Assembly: GCA_965202805.1 (NCBI GenBank)
Contig: OZ241869.1
Span: 3,936,001-4,000,000 of the forward strand
Reading direction: 5' to 3'
Source of the DNA: Longimicrobiales bacterium
GTDB lineage: Bacteria; Gemmatimonadota; Gemmatimonadetes; Longimicrobiales; Gaopeijiaceae
DNA: 64,000 bases
Below the pieces are notes generated by a model that did no database searches, was not told the DNA's origin, and was given only the letters and a program-made list of their open reading frames with translations. Positions 46,175 through 56,422 of the stretch are shown here, piece after piece. Both the position numbers and the translations under genes were made by a program. Within the stretch, counting starts at the first letter, position 1. Each line of letters begins with the position of its first letter.

Positions 46175-47327
46175 GCGCGAGTCGAGCGTAGTCGTCTTCT
46201 CCGGCGGCGGCACGGGAGGGCATTTCTACCCCGCGCTCGCGCTTGCCCGTCAACTCGCCGCGCTGAGACCCGACATCCGTCCCTACTTCATCGGTTCGCG
46301 CCGCGGCGTGGAGGCGAGCGTGCTCCCGGACTGTGGCCTCGACTATGCGCTGGTGGAGGTGGAGGGGCTGGACCGCCGGCACCTGTGGAACAACGCCATG
46401 GTGATGCAGTCGCTGCTCGGCAGCGTCCTTGAGGTCTTCGAGATCTTCCGGCGACTGCGCCCCGAGCTGGTGGTGGTCACCGGCGGATACGCGTGCGCTC
46501 CGTCGGGGCTGGTGGCCGCCTGCATGGGCATTCCGCTGGCGCTTCAGGAGCAGAACAGCCTGCCGGGCGTCACCACGCGACTGCTCAGCCGGCACGCGGC
46601 CCAGATCCACCTCGCGTATCCCGAGGCAAAGCAGGTGATTCCGCGCCGGGCCCGCGACCGGGCGGTGGTGAGCGGGAATCCCGTGCGTTCCCCGGAGGGG
46701 ATCGGGCGCGGTGAGGCGCGCCGTCGCTTCGGGCTGGCGCCGAAGGGGCGGGTGGGCCTCGTGGTGGGAGGCAGCCAGGGCTCTGCGGTGCTCAACCGCC
46801 GGATTGCGGAGGCCGTGCTCGGCACGCCGGAGCGCCCGGAGGGCTTTCAGTTGCTCTGGGCCAGCGGCCCGGCGCACTTCTCCGCGATGTCCCGGGAACT
46901 GGCCCGGGCCGGCTCGCCGGACTGGGTGCGGCTGGTGCCGTACATCCACGACATGCCGGGCGCACTCGCCGCGGCGGACCTCGCGGTGAGCCGGGCGGGG
47001 GCGATGGCCACCTCGGAGTTCCTCGTCCACGGGTTGCCCGCGATCCTGCTCCCCCTGCCCACCGCGGCCGAAGATCACCAGACCCGCAACGCCAGGGCGC
47101 TCGCGGACGCGGGCGTGGCGCTGCACCTCCCCGAGGCCGGGACGGACGCGCGCGCCCTCTGGTCGGCCATGGTCGACCTCGCGGGCGACGACCGCCGCGT
47201 GGCGTCGATGGCTCGGGCGGCGCGCGAGCGAGCCCGGCCGGACGCGGCCGCCAACATCGCCGCCGCGCTCACCGGGCTGCTCCCGCGGGGGCCGCGGTCG
47301 GTGACCGTTTCCGGGGAGGCCGCATGA
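46167..47327 (+). CDS. murG: UDP-GlcNAc:lipid I GlcNAc transferase
   Basis: GGGTGGH, EQNSLPG, GNPVR, GGSQG, SRAGA, DHQTRNA. Confidence 0.96.
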   Translation: MVRRESSVVVFSGGGTGGHFYPALALARQLAALRPDIRPYFIGSRRGVEASVLPDCGLDYALVEVEGLDRRHLWNNAMVMQSLLGSVLEVFEIFRRLRPELVVVTGGYACAPSGLVAACMGIPLALQEQNSLPGVTTRLLSRHAAQIHLAYPEAKQVIPRRARDRAVVSGNPVRSPEGIGRGEARRRFGLAPKGRVGLVVGGSQGSAVLNRRIAEAVLGTPERPEGFQLLWASGPAHFSAMSRELARAGSPDWVRLVPYIHDMPGALAAADLAVSRAGAMATSEFLVHGLPAILLPLPTAAEDHQTRNARALADAGVALHLPEAGTDARALWSAMVDLAGDDRRVASMARAARERARPDAAANIAAALTGLLPRGPRSVTVSGEAA

Positions 47328-48727
47328 GCGCCCGGGGTCTGCGCGACCGCGCGCGCGAGGGCACGGTGCACTTCATGGGCATCGGCGGCGCGGGAATGTG
47401 CGCGCTGGCCGAGCTCTTCCACCGCTCCGGCTACGGAGTGACCGGCTGCGACCTGCGGCGCGGCCTGAGCGCGCGGTCGCTCGAGGCGCTGGGCATTCCC
47501 GTCGCCATCGGCCACGACCCCGATCACCTGGTTGGCGTCTCGGCTGTCGTGGTCTCCTCCGCCATCAGCCCGTCCAACCCGGAGGTGCGCGCGGCGCACG
47601 AGCGGGGCATCCCGGTGGTCAAGCGGGCGGAGGCGCTCGGGCAGTGGGTCAACCCGGGCACGGTCGTGGCGGTGGCCGGGACCCACGGCAAGACCACCAC
47701 CACCGCGTTCGCCACCGAGATCCTGGCGGCGGCCGGCCGGGACCCCACCGGGCTGGTCGGGGGACGGGTCGCGGGGTGGAAGGGCAACCTGCGCTACGGA
47801 CGCGGCGACCTGTACGTGGTCGAGGCCGACGAGTACGACCGCTCCTTCCACCACATCGCGCCCCGCACGGCCCTGGTCACCAACCTGGAGGCGGATCACC
47901 TCGACACCTACGGCGACCTCGCACACCTGCGCCGCGCGTTCCTCACCTTCGTGGGCGCGGTGCCCGCGGACGGCACGGTATGTGTCTGCGCCGACGATCC
48001 GGGAGCCTCGAAGCTGCTGGCCGGTCTCGACGCCCGCACCTCCACCTATGGCTTCAGCGCGGGCGCCCAGTTGCGGGCGACGCGGGTGCGCACCGGCTCC
48101 GGCGGAACCCGGGCGCGCATCTTCGAGGGCGGACGGGACCGGGGCGACGTGTCGATCCCCATCCCCGGCAGGCACAACCTGCTCAACGCCCTGGGCGCGT
48201 CCGCGGCCGCGCGCGGGATGGGCGTCGAGTGGCGCGACATCCGCCGGTCGCTGGCGGGCTTCAGCGGGGTGCGCCGCCGCTTCGAGCAGCTCGGCTGCGA
48301 GCGCGGGGTGACCGTGGTGGACGACTATGCACACCATCCCACCGAGATCGCGGCGGCGCTCGCGGCCGCGCGCGGCAGCTTCCCCGGAGCCCGCCTGGTG
48401 GCCGTCTTCCAGCCTCACCTGTTTTCGCGCACGCGGGACTTCGCCGGCCAGTTCGGCGAGGCCCTCGCGGCGGCGGACCAGGTCTGGGTTGCCGATGTCT
48501 ACCCCGCGCGCGAGGCGCCCATCCCGGGCATCACGGGCGAACTCGTGTCCGGGGCGGTAGCCGCGGCGGGGGGACGGGATACGCGCTACCACCCGGAAAT
48601 GACCACGCTCCCCACCGCCCTGGCCGGCAGCCTTCGCGCGGGGGACGTATGCCTGACTCTGGGCGCCGGATCGATCGAGTCCACCGGTCCCGCGCTCCTT
48701 CGCCGCCTGGGAGGACCCGATGCGTAG
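47324..48727 (+). CDS. murC: UDP-MurNAc:L-Ala ligase
   Basis: HFMGIGGAGM, GTHGKTTT, EADEYD, DDYAHHP, FQPHLFSRT. Confidence 0.97.
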   Translation: MSARGLRDRAREGTVHFMGIGGAGMCALAELFHRSGYGVTGCDLRRGLSARSLEALGIPVAIGHDPDHLVGVSAVVVSSAISPSNPEVRAAHERGIPVVKRAEALGQWVNPGTVVAVAGTHGKTTTTAFATEILAAAGRDPTGLVGGRVAGWKGNLRYGRGDLYVVEADEYDRSFHHIAPRTALVTNLEADHLDTYGDLAHLRRAFLTFVGAVPADGTVCVCADDPGASKLLAGLDARTSTYGFSAGAQLRATRVRTGSGGTRARIFEGGRDRGDVSIPIPGRHNLLNALGASAAARGMGVEWRDIRRSLAGFSGVRRRFEQLGCERGVTVVDDYAHHPTEIAAALAAARGSFPGARLVAVFQPHLFSRTRDFAGQFGEALAAADQVWVADVYPAREAPIPGITGELVSGAVAAAGGRDTRYHPEMTTLPTALAGSLRAGDVCLTLGAGSIESTGPALLRRLGGPDA

Positions 48728-49475
48728 GTTGCTCGCGTTGACCGTTCCCCTCATGCTCGCGGCAGCCACGGTGGCTGCCCTGGGCGACGGTCCCGACATT
48801 CTCGCGCGCTTTGCCAGATTCCGCGTCTCCGCCGTGGAAGTTCGGGGTGTGCGCTATCTCGACTCCGAGGAAATCCGCCAGTGGATTCCGGTCTACGAGG
48901 ACGAGCGCGGGGGGGCGCGGTCGCTCGAAGGGCGCCTGCGCACCCATCGGCTGATCGAAGAGGCCACGGTCCGAACCCTCCCGGGCGACACCGTGGAGAT
49001 CGTCATCCGGGAGCGCCGGCCGGTCGCCCTGGTGGCGACGCCGGCCCTGAATCCCGTCGATCCCGGGGGGGAGTACATCCCCCTCGATCCCGCCCTGCAC
49101 CGCCTCGACCTGCCCATCCTGCGTCCCATGGAGGCGCAGGCCGGCACGCTGGCGGTCACGGAACACCAGCAGATCCAGGCCATGGCCGCGGAGGTGCATC
49201 GGCTGGGCGAGCTGCATCCCGACTTCGCGCATTCCGTCTCGGAAATCGCCTGGACCGCGCAGGGGACCCTGACGGCCCGCTTCTCGGAGACCGAGGCCGT
49301 ACTGCATTTCGAACCCCCGCTGAGCGTGCGGCGTCTGCGCCAGGGAATTGCGGCCCTGGCCGACGCCGTCGCGCGAGCCCCGGACCGAACCGTCACCGTG
49401 GCCGACCTGCGCTTCCACGATCAGGTGGTCGTGAGGCACGCGTCCGCGGCCGGGCCGGACAACGGGAGGCGATGA
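48720..49475 (+). CDS. ftsQ: Cell division protein FtsQ/DivIB
   Basis: TM, POTRA (VEVRG..., PGDTVEIVIRERRPVA) and C-terminal DLRFHDQVVV. Confidence 0.88.
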   Translation: MRRLLALTVPLMLAAATVAALGDGPDILARFARFRVSAVEVRGVRYLDSEEIRQWIPVYEDERGGARSLEGRLRTHRLIEEATVRTLPGDTVEIVIRERRPVALVATPALNPVDPGGEYIPLDPALHRLDLPILRPMEAQAGTLAVTEHQQIQAMAAEVHRLGELHPDFAHSVSEIAWTAQGTLTARFSETEAVLHFEPPLSVRRLRQGIAALADAVARAPDRTVTVADLRFHDQVVVRHASAAGPDNGRR

Positions 49476-50707
49476 AGATGCCTTCCCATCTGGTGGCGGG
49501 ACTCGATATCGGCGCGACGCGCACCACCGCCCTCATCGCGGAGGTGAGAGGCCAGTATCCGGCACACTGGATCGAGGTCCTGGGTGTCGGGCAGGTACAC
49601 ACCAACGGCGTGCATCGGGATGTCGTGCAGGATGTCGAGGAGATGACCGAGCGTGTCGCCAAGGCGGTGCGGGAAGCCGAGCTCATGGCGGGTTGCACCG
49701 TTTCCAACGTTTATGTCGGCATCAGCGGTGACCAGGTTCAGACCTTCCCCTCGCACGGCGTGGTCGCCATCTCCTCCACGGAGGTGTCGGCGGACGACAT
49801 GGCGCGGCTGCATGTGGTGGCCCGCGCCGTCGCGCTGCCCCACGACCGCGAGCTCCTGCACACGGTCCCTCAGAGCTACACGGTCGACAGTACATCGGGG
49901 ATCCTGCATCCGGTCGGCATGCCGGGTACGCGCCTGGAGTCGGAGGTCTACCTGGTTACGGGGGCCTCGGCGATCGCCAACAACATCCGCAGCGCGGTCT
50001 CACGGGCTGGCTACCGGGTGGAGAAGCTCATCCTGGAGCCGCTGGCGGCCGCACGAGCCGTCCTGCGGGAGGACGAAAGGGAGATCGGGGTCGCGGTCCT
50101 GGATCTGGGCGGGGCCACGAGCCAGATGGCGATTCTCGTCGACGGCAGGCCCTACTACACGGACATGCTGCCGACCGGGGGGGTCGCGCTGACCTGGGAC
50201 CTGGTCCAGCATCTTCACATCCAGCACGAGGAGGCGCGCCGCGTGCTGGAGAACCACGGCTGCGCCCTGGCCGAGCTCGTGGATTCCCGGGACACGATCG
50301 ACATCCCGGGGCCCACGCCGTCGAGACCTCGACGCATCGGCCGGGCCGCGGTCGCGGACGCCCTGGAGAACCGGTTGACGGCGATCATCGCGTGGTATCA
50401 GCGGGAGCTGAATGCGCGGGAGCTGATCGCTCCGCTGGGTACGGGAGTGGTTCTGACCGGCGGAGTCGCCGCCCTCGACGGGATCGGTGAGCTGGTACAG
50501 AGAACGCTGGGGACGCCGGTTCGCATCGGCACGCCCGGCGCGGGCGTGAGCGGGCTGGCCGACTCGCTGAACCGCTCTCGCCTCTCCACGGTCGTCGGCG
50601 TGGCGCAATACGGAGCCGACCGCTTTGCCAAGACCGGACAGGGGGCGCTGGCCCATACCCCCGGAATGGTCGGAAGGGTTGGATCCTGGCTCAAGGAGTT
50701 CTTCTGA
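49472..50707 (+). CDS. ftsA: Cell division protein FtsA
   Basis: GLDIG, VLDLGG, GVVLTGG, amphipathic C-terminus WLKEFF. Confidence 0.95.
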   Translation: MKMPSHLVAGLDIGATRTTALIAEVRGQYPAHWIEVLGVGQVHTNGVHRDVVQDVEEMTERVAKAVREAELMAGCTVSNVYVGISGDQVQTFPSHGVVAISSTEVSADDMARLHVVARAVALPHDRELLHTVPQSYTVDSTSGILHPVGMPGTRLESEVYLVTGASAIANNIRSAVSRAGYRVEKLILEPLAAARAVLREDEREIGVAVLDLGGATSQMAILVDGRPYYTDMLPTGGVALTWDLVQHLHIQHEEARRVLENHGCALAELVDSRDTIDIPGPTPSRPRRIGRAAVADALENRLTAIIAWYQRELNARELIAPLGTGVVLTGGVAALDGIGELVQRTLGTPVRIGTPGAGVSGLADSLNRSRLSTVVGVAQYGADRFAKTGQGALAHTPGMVGRVGSWLKEFF

Positions 50708-50799
50708 GCGCACAGCGGTACCGGGTGGGGGGCGCAGGGTCCCCTGCCCGGCGCGAGGAACGGGAATGGGAAGACATCCATCCAGCAAGGAAGGAAGAG

Positions 50800-52029
50800 A
50801 TGACGATCTTCGACTACGACGAGAGCGCGGCCCCCAGCGCCTGCATGAAGGTGGTCGGCTGCGGTGGAGCCGGCGGCAACGCCGTCAACCGGATGGTCGA
50901 TGAGAACCTCCAGGGCGTGGAGCTCATCGCCGCGAACACGGATGCGCAGGCGCTGCGTCAGTCCAGGGCGTCGAACTGCATCCAGATCGGGAAGAAGCTG
51001 ACGCGCGGCCTCGGGGCGGGCGCCCGCCCCGAGATCGGACGCCAGGCCATCCACGAGAACGCCGACGAGGTGACCAAGGCGATTCAGGGGGCGGATCTGG
51101 TCTTCATCACCGCCGGCATGGGTGGCGGGACGGGGACGGGAGCCGCTCCCATCATCGGTCGCTTCGCCAAGGAGATGGGTGCGCTCACCATCGGCATCGT
51201 CACCCGGCCTTTCTCGTTCGAGGGCAGGAAGCGCCTCCGGCAGGCCGAACAGGGCCTCGAGGAGCTGCGCAAGGCGGTGGACACGGTCATCGTCGTCCCC
51301 AACGACCGCATCATGACGGTGGTCGGCAAGGGAACCAGCTTCCAGGACGCCCTGAAGAAGGCCGACGAGGTTCTCCTGCACGCCACCCAGGGCATCAGCG
51401 ACCTCATCCGGGTCGCCGGCGAGGTCAACGTCGACTTCGCGGATGTGCGCACGGTGATGGCCTGCGGCGGCGGGGCCCTCATGGGTTCCGGCTTCGGGGA
51501 GGGGGAACACAGGGCCGAAGAAGCCGCGCGCAAGGCCATCTCTTCTCCGCTGCTGGGCGACGTATCCCTCAAGGGCGCCCACGGAGTCCTGATCAACATC
51601 ACCGGCGGAATGGATCTCGCCATTGACGACGTGACCAGGATCTCTAGTATCATTCAGGAAGAGGCCGGCGACGACGCCGAGATCATCTTCGGCGCGGTCC
51701 ACGATCCCAAGCTGAAGGAGGGCGTGAGGGTCACGGTCATCGGCACGGGGTTCGGCAACGGGTCCGAGGCGCCCCGTACCTTGCGGTCGGAGATGACGAG
51801 CAACGGCTCTCCATCCGGATTGGACCGGAGGCCGTCGCCGAACCCGTCCCCGCGCCCGGCAAGGGCGCCCGCCCTGCAGACGGCGGCGGTCACAGGCAGA
51901 GGTACAGCGAGCATGAACAGGACTCCCGGTACCCCCAGGCCCGTGCAGCCCCGGAAGCGGCAACGCGTCATCGTCCGCGGCCCGGTCGATATCCTCGATT
52001 TGCCTACCTTCGTGACGCTTGCCCGGTGA
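50800..52029 (+). CDS. ftsZ: Cell division protein FtsZ
   Basis: [27 protein letters not shown]-terminal core DLPTF. Confidence 0.98.
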   Translation: MTIFDYDESAAPSACMKVVGCGGAGGNAVNRMVDENLQGVELIAANTDAQALRQSRASNCIQIGKKLTRGLGAGARPEIGRQAIHENADEVTKAIQGADLVFITAGMGGGTGTGAAPIIGRFAKEMGALTIGIVTRPFSFEGRKRLRQAEQGLEELRKAVDTVIVVPNDRIMTVVGKGTSFQDALKKADEVLLHATQGISDLIRVAGEVNVDFADVRTVMACGGGALMGSGFGEGEHRAEEAARKAISSPLLGDVSLKGAHGVLINITGGMDLAIDDVTRISSIIQEEAGDDAEIIFGAVHDPKLKEGVRVTVIGTGFGNGSEAPRTLRSEMTSNGSPSGLDRRPSPNPSPRPARAPALQTAAVTGRGTASMNRTPGTPRPVQPRKRQRVIVRGPVDILDLPTFVTLAR

Positions 52030-52111
52030 GGCTGTGGGGAGAGCGGATGGGGGCGGGGTTGGCGGGGCGCCGGCTGGAGACGGCGCCGTGCGTCGTGGGG
52101 GCGAGGGCGGG

Positions 52112-53452
52112 ATGACGCCCGTGGCGCGGGATCGCAGGGTCGCGTCGCTGGCGGCCATCGTGCTGGGCGTCCTCGGGTTGGGGGCGACTGCATGGCTCGC
52201 TCCCGGCAGGTCCGTCACCTACGATGCCGGGACGCTGGCTACCGTCGCGGCCGCGCCCCCGGAAATCGCCGAGCAGGTCAGCCTGCGGCGGGGCCAGACA
52301 CTGGGGTCGCTCTTCCTCGCCGCCGCCCTCCCGGCCGGTGAACGGGTCGCCCTGCTGGCGGCCTTCGGCGAGCGAGCCAATCCTCGCCGTCTCATTGCGG
52401 GCACCCCGGTAGTGTACTGGAGAGACCGCCGGGACGGTGAGCTGACGGCTGTGGAAGTCGGGCTCAGCCCGGACTCGACGGTGTACCTGGGCCGCGCCAT
52501 GGACGGCTGGACATCGCGAATGGTGCGAACTCCGGTCGTCACCGACACGGTCTTCGTCGAGGGAACCATCCGCTCCAGTCTCTGGATGGCCGTGATGGGA
52601 AACCCGTCGCTGCAGTTCATGCCCTCCGGCGACCGGGCCAGGCTCATGGACGGCCTCGACAAGATCTTCCAGTGGGAGGTCGACTTCCACCGGCAGGTTC
52701 GGCAAGGCGATGCCTATCGCGTGGCCCTCGAGCGCGACGTCCGCCCCGACGGGTCCATGAGAGGCAACGGACGCATCATGGCCGCGGAGTTCGTCAACCG
52801 GGAAACGCCATATCGGGCATTCTGGTTCGATGTCTCCGGGGATGGCGAGGGGGCCTACTATGATTCCGAGGGCAGGTCGGTTCAGCGGCAGTTCCTGCTG
52901 AAGCCGCTCGAGTATCGCCGCATCTCCTCGCGCGTGCAGAGCGCCCGCTTCCACCCCATCCTGCGGACATGGCGCGCCCACAACGGCGTCGACTACGCCG
53001 CCAACACCGGCGAGCCGGTCATGGCGACCGCCAACGGAGTGGTTACCCACCGTGGGTGGAGCGGCGGTTACGGCAACCTCGTGGAAATCCGGCACAGCAA
53101 CGGCTTCGTGACCCGCTACGCGCACCTGAGCGGCTTCGGCTCCGGCGTGGCGGTCGGGGCCGGGGTGAGGCAGGGGCAGACCATAGGCTTCGTGGGCATG
53201 ACCGGGCTGGCGACCGGGCCCCATCTGCACTACGAGCTGCGGCGGAACGGCCAGGTCGAGGATCCCCTCGACATCCGCACCCCTCCCGGCGATCCGATTC
53301 CGGAAGCCATGTGGCCCCGGTGGGAGGCGTGGCTGGCGGAGGGACGAGCGCTCCTCGCCAGCCCCGGGTTCGTTCCGCGCCAGGGCATGCCGGGCACCTC
53401 GGTCATCGCCGAAGCAGCCGAGGGCGGGGTCGAGCCCCAGGACGAGCAGTGA
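52112..53452 (+). CDS. M23 family peptidoglycan endopeptidase (MepM-like)
   Basis: HNGVD (HxxxD), YAHL, ATGPHLHYE (HxH); N-terminal TM. Confidence 0.9.
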   Translation: MTPVARDRRVASLAAIVLGVLGLGATAWLAPGRSVTYDAGTLATVAAAPPEIAEQVSLRRGQTLGSLFLAAALPAGERVALLAAFGERANPRRLIAGTPVVYWRDRRDGELTAVEVGLSPDSTVYLGRAMDGWTSRMVRTPVVTDTVFVEGTIRSSLWMAVMGNPSLQFMPSGDRARLMDGLDKIFQWEVDFHRQVRQGDAYRVALERDVRPDGSMRGNGRIMAAEFVNRETPYRAFWFDVSGDGEGAYYDSEGRSVQRQFLLKPLEYRRISSRVQSARFHPILRTWRAHNGVDYAANTGEPVMATANGVVTHRGWSGGYGNLVEIRHSNGFVTRYAHLSGFGSGVAVGAGVRQGQTIGFVGMTGLATGPHLHYELRRNGQVEDPLDIRTPPGDPIPEAMWPRWEAWLAEGRALLASPGFVPRQGMPGTSVIAEAAEGGVEPQDEQ

Positions 53453-53483
53453 TCCCGTCCGGCGCATACGCCGGGTCGAAAGA

Positions 53484-55439
53484 GTGAGCCTGTTTTCCTG
53501 GATTGCCCTGCCCCTCCTGCTGGTGGCGGCATGCGGTTTCTCCCTCTGGGTCTACCATCGCCGCGAACTGCCGGTGGCGGGTCGCCGGTTGCTGGCCCTG
53601 GGAAGGGCGCTGGCGATCTTCCTGGTGTTGCTGCTCATCTGGAATCCTCGCCTGCCGGCGGGCGCGGGTGACGGCATCGGCCAGGGCGACCTAGTGCTGC
53701 TGGACGGTTCCCTGAGCATGGCGGCCGGCCCTCCCGGCGGGGAAACGGCATGGTCGGACGCGGTTCGCGAGGCGCAGCGCCTGGCGGGCGGCGGAGGTCG
53801 GATCCTGGTCTTCGGGGACGCCGTGGCGGCGAGCGGCGCCGACCAGCTCGAGGGAAGCGCGCCGACGGCCACCTCCTCCCGGCTGCTCCCGGCCCTGCGC
53901 GCGGCAGCCGAGTCGGGCGCACGCGCGGTCACGGTGGTGAGCGACGGGCGCCTGACCGATGCCGACTTCGGCAGTCTGCCGGTGGTGCCCGGGCTGCAGG
54001 CGCGCCTGGAAGTGGTGGACCCGGCGGTGACGAACGCCGGGGTCGCCGACTTTGACACACCCGCGCGTGCCGAGCGGGGAACGCCCTTTGCCGCCGAGGT
54101 CACAGTGTTCGGCGAGGCCGCGCCCGGGACCGCAGCCCGCATCGAGGTGCGCGAGGAGGACCGTCTGGTCGCCTCGGTTCCGGTGGAGATCCCCCCGCCC
54201 GGCGAGGTCGCCCGCACGGCGGTCGACCTTCCCGCACCAGCGACCGAGGGGATGGTGCGCTATACGGCCACCGTCGTTCTCGACGAAGACGGGTTTGCCG
54301 ACGACGACCGGCGCGTGCGTCATGTGCGCGTGGCGCCTCCGCAGGCCGGGCTGGTCCTGCTCTCCCTGCGCCCGGACTGGGAGCCCCGCTACCTGCTCCC
54401 CGTGCTGGAGGACGTGACCGGGCTGCCGGCGCGCGGCTACCTGCGCGTCACGGGGTCGCGCTACCTGCCGATCGCGCGCGGCGAGGAAGTGGCGGACGAG
54501 GTCACCGCGGGTGAAGTCGGCACGATGCTCGGCGGCGCCGACATCGTGGTGCTGCACGGCGTCGGCGCCGCCGCTCCGGCCTGGGTGCGCGATGCCGCCC
54601 GGAGCGCACCGCGTCTGCTCATCTTTCCGGCCGACCGGGCGGGGGCGTCGCTGGGCGGGGTGGCGGTGGCGGGCGAGGTCGAGAGCGAGTGGTACGTCTC
54701 CGCCGACCTGCCCGCCTCGCCGCTGGCCGGGCAATTCGCCGGCCTCGACCTGGGGGCTCTGCCGCCCCTCACAGCCCTCCACCCCGCGACCGCTTCCGCC
54801 GGCGCGGTCGCGCTCGAGGTCCACCTCGGCGGGCGCGGCGCCGGCGAGGCCGCCCTCGTCCTGGTCGCCGAGGAGGGCAGGCGTCTGGGCGTCGCACTGG
54901 CCGAGGGCTACTGGCGCTGGGCCGCCCGCGAAGGGACGCCGCGCCGCGCTTACCGGTCCCTGTGGGCTGGCGTGGCGAACTGGCTGTTCGCCGGCGAGCG
55001 GCTTGCCACCGCCGGTCCGCCCGGTCCCGCGGAGGCGGTGATCGCGCGCGGGAGCCCCGTGCGCTGGCAGGCCCCCGGACTGGCCGGACAGGACCTCGGC
55101 CTGCGCCTCGTCCGCGACGGCGAAAGCGTGGTCGAGCGCACGGTGACCGTTGATTCCACCGAGACCTTCACGACCGCGCCGATGGACCCCGGTGCCTACG
55201 ACTTCGTGCTCTCTCCGGTGGCCGGAGGCGAGGAAGCGAGCGGGCGCTTCGACGTCGAGCGCTACACCGGCGACCTCAGGTTGCCGCCCGTCGTCGGCGC
55301 CCCGGGCGGAGAGGCGGTCGAGGCCGGCGCGCGCGCGGCCGCGGGCCGTCCGCTGCGCACCCATCCGGTGCCCTTCATTCTCGTCCTGGCGCTGCTGTGC
55401 GGAGAGTGGATCGGCCGCCGGCGCAAGGGGCTCCGGTAG
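53484..55439 (+). CDS. Membrane protein with VWA-like and Ig-like domains
   Basis: N-terminal TMs, LLDGSLSM (MIDAS-like DxSxS), VVSDG, C-terminal LLCGEWIGRRRKGL. Confidence 0.7.
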   Translation: MSLFSWIALPLLLVAACGFSLWVYHRRELPVAGRRLLALGRALAIFLVLLLIWNPRLPAGAGDGIGQGDLVLLDGSLSMAAGPPGGETAWSDAVREAQRLAGGGGRILVFGDAVAASGADQLEGSAPTATSSRLLPALRAAAESGARAVTVVSDGRLTDADFGSLPVVPGLQARLEVVDPAVTNAGVADFDTPARAERGTPFAAEVTVFGEAAPGTAARIEVREEDRLVASVPVEIPPPGEVARTAVDLPAPATEGMVRYTATVVLDEDGFADDDRRVRHVRVAPPQAGLVLLSLRPDWEPRYLLPVLEDVTGLPARGYLRVTGSRYLPIARGEEVADEVTAGEVGTMLGGADIVVLHGVGAAAPAWVRDAARSAPRLLIFPADRAGASLGGVAVAGEVESEWYVSADLPASPLAGQFAGLDLGALPPLTALHPATASAGAVALEVHLGGRGAGEAALVLVAEEGRRLGVALAEGYWRWAAREGTPRRAYRSLWAGVANWLFAGERLATAGPPGPAEAVIARGSPVRWQAPGLAGQDLGLRLVRDGESVVERTVTVDSTETFTTAPMDPGAYDFVLSPVAGGEEASGRFDVERYTGDLRLPPVVGAPGGEAVEAGARAAAGRPLRTHPVPFILVLALLCGEWIGRRRKGLR

Positions 55440-55444
55440 CCCTT

Positions 55445-56422
55445 GTGACGCCCCCGGGCCGGCTGACCCGCAAGGGGAGGGGTACGCGCGGGTCGCTGTG
55501 GCGGAGGGTCGTGGGCCTCGCCCTCCCGGGTTTCCGCCCGTCCGCCCGCGGCCTGGACGCCGAGACGCTCGAGGACCTCGAGGACCGGCTGCTGGCCGCC
55601 GACTTCGGCGTGGAGGCCGCGCTGCGGCTGGTGGACCGCGTCGAAGCGCTCGACCGGCGCGGGAGGATCCGCGGCCCGGACGGGCTGCGCATCGCCCTGC
55701 GCGCCGAGGTGGCGAAGATCCTGGTTCCGGAGGCATCCCGCGGGCCGACCCCGGCGGGCACCCGGACGGAAACCGCCTTCCCTCTCCTGGAGCCCCCGCA
55801 GGGAATCGCCGCCTACCTCATGGTCGGGGTCAACGGGGTCGGGAAGACCACCTCCGCCGGCAAGCTGGCGCACGTCCTGGCTGCCCGGGGCAGGAAGGTC
55901 CTGCTCGCCGCGGCGGACACCTACCGGGCGGGCGCGATCTCCCAGCTGCGCATCTGGGCGGACCGCACCGGCGCCGACTTCGTGGCCGGACAGCCGGGCG
56001 GAGATCCCGCCGCGGTCGCCTTCGACGCCATCGACGCGGCCCGTGCGCGCGGCGTCGACATCGTGATCGTCGACACCGCAGGGCGCCTCCACACCCGCAC
56101 CGGGTTGATGGACGAACTCGCCAAGGTGCGGCGGGTCATCGCCCGCAAACTTCCGGGGGCGCCCCACGAGACGCTGATCGTGCTCGACGCCACCGTGGGG
56201 CAGAACGCGCTCGCCCAGGTGCGCGCCTTCCGGGACGCGGTGAGTCCCAGCGGGATTCTTCTCGCCAAGATGGATTCCAGTGCGCGCGGCGGCATCGTCG
56301 TGGCCCTCAGGCAGGAGTTCGGGTTGCCGGTCAAGCTGGTCGGGGTCGGCGAAGGCCCCGGAGACCTCGAGCCCTTTGACGCGAACGCGTTTCTGGAGGG
56401 CGTCTTCGGATCCCCGGCATGA
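55445..56422 (+). CDS. ftsY: SRP receptor FtsY
   Basis: GVNGVGKTT, DTYRAGA, DTAGRLH, DATVGQN, GVGE; start uncertain. Confidence 0.95.
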   Translation: MTPPGRLTRKGRGTRGSLWRRVVGLALPGFRPSARGLDAETLEDLEDRLLAADFGVEAALRLVDRVEALDRRGRIRGPDGLRIALRAEVAKILVPEASRGPTPAGTRTETAFPLLEPPQGIAAYLMVGVNGVGKTTSAGKLAHVLAARGRKVLLAAADTYRAGAISQLRIWADRTGADFVAGQPGGDPAAVAFDAIDAARARGVDIVIVDTAGRLHTRTGLMDELAKVRRVIARKLPGAPHETLIVLDATVGQNALAQVRAFRDAVSPSGILLAKMDSSARGGIVVALRQEFGLPVKLVGVGEGPGDLEPFDANAFLEGVFGSPA

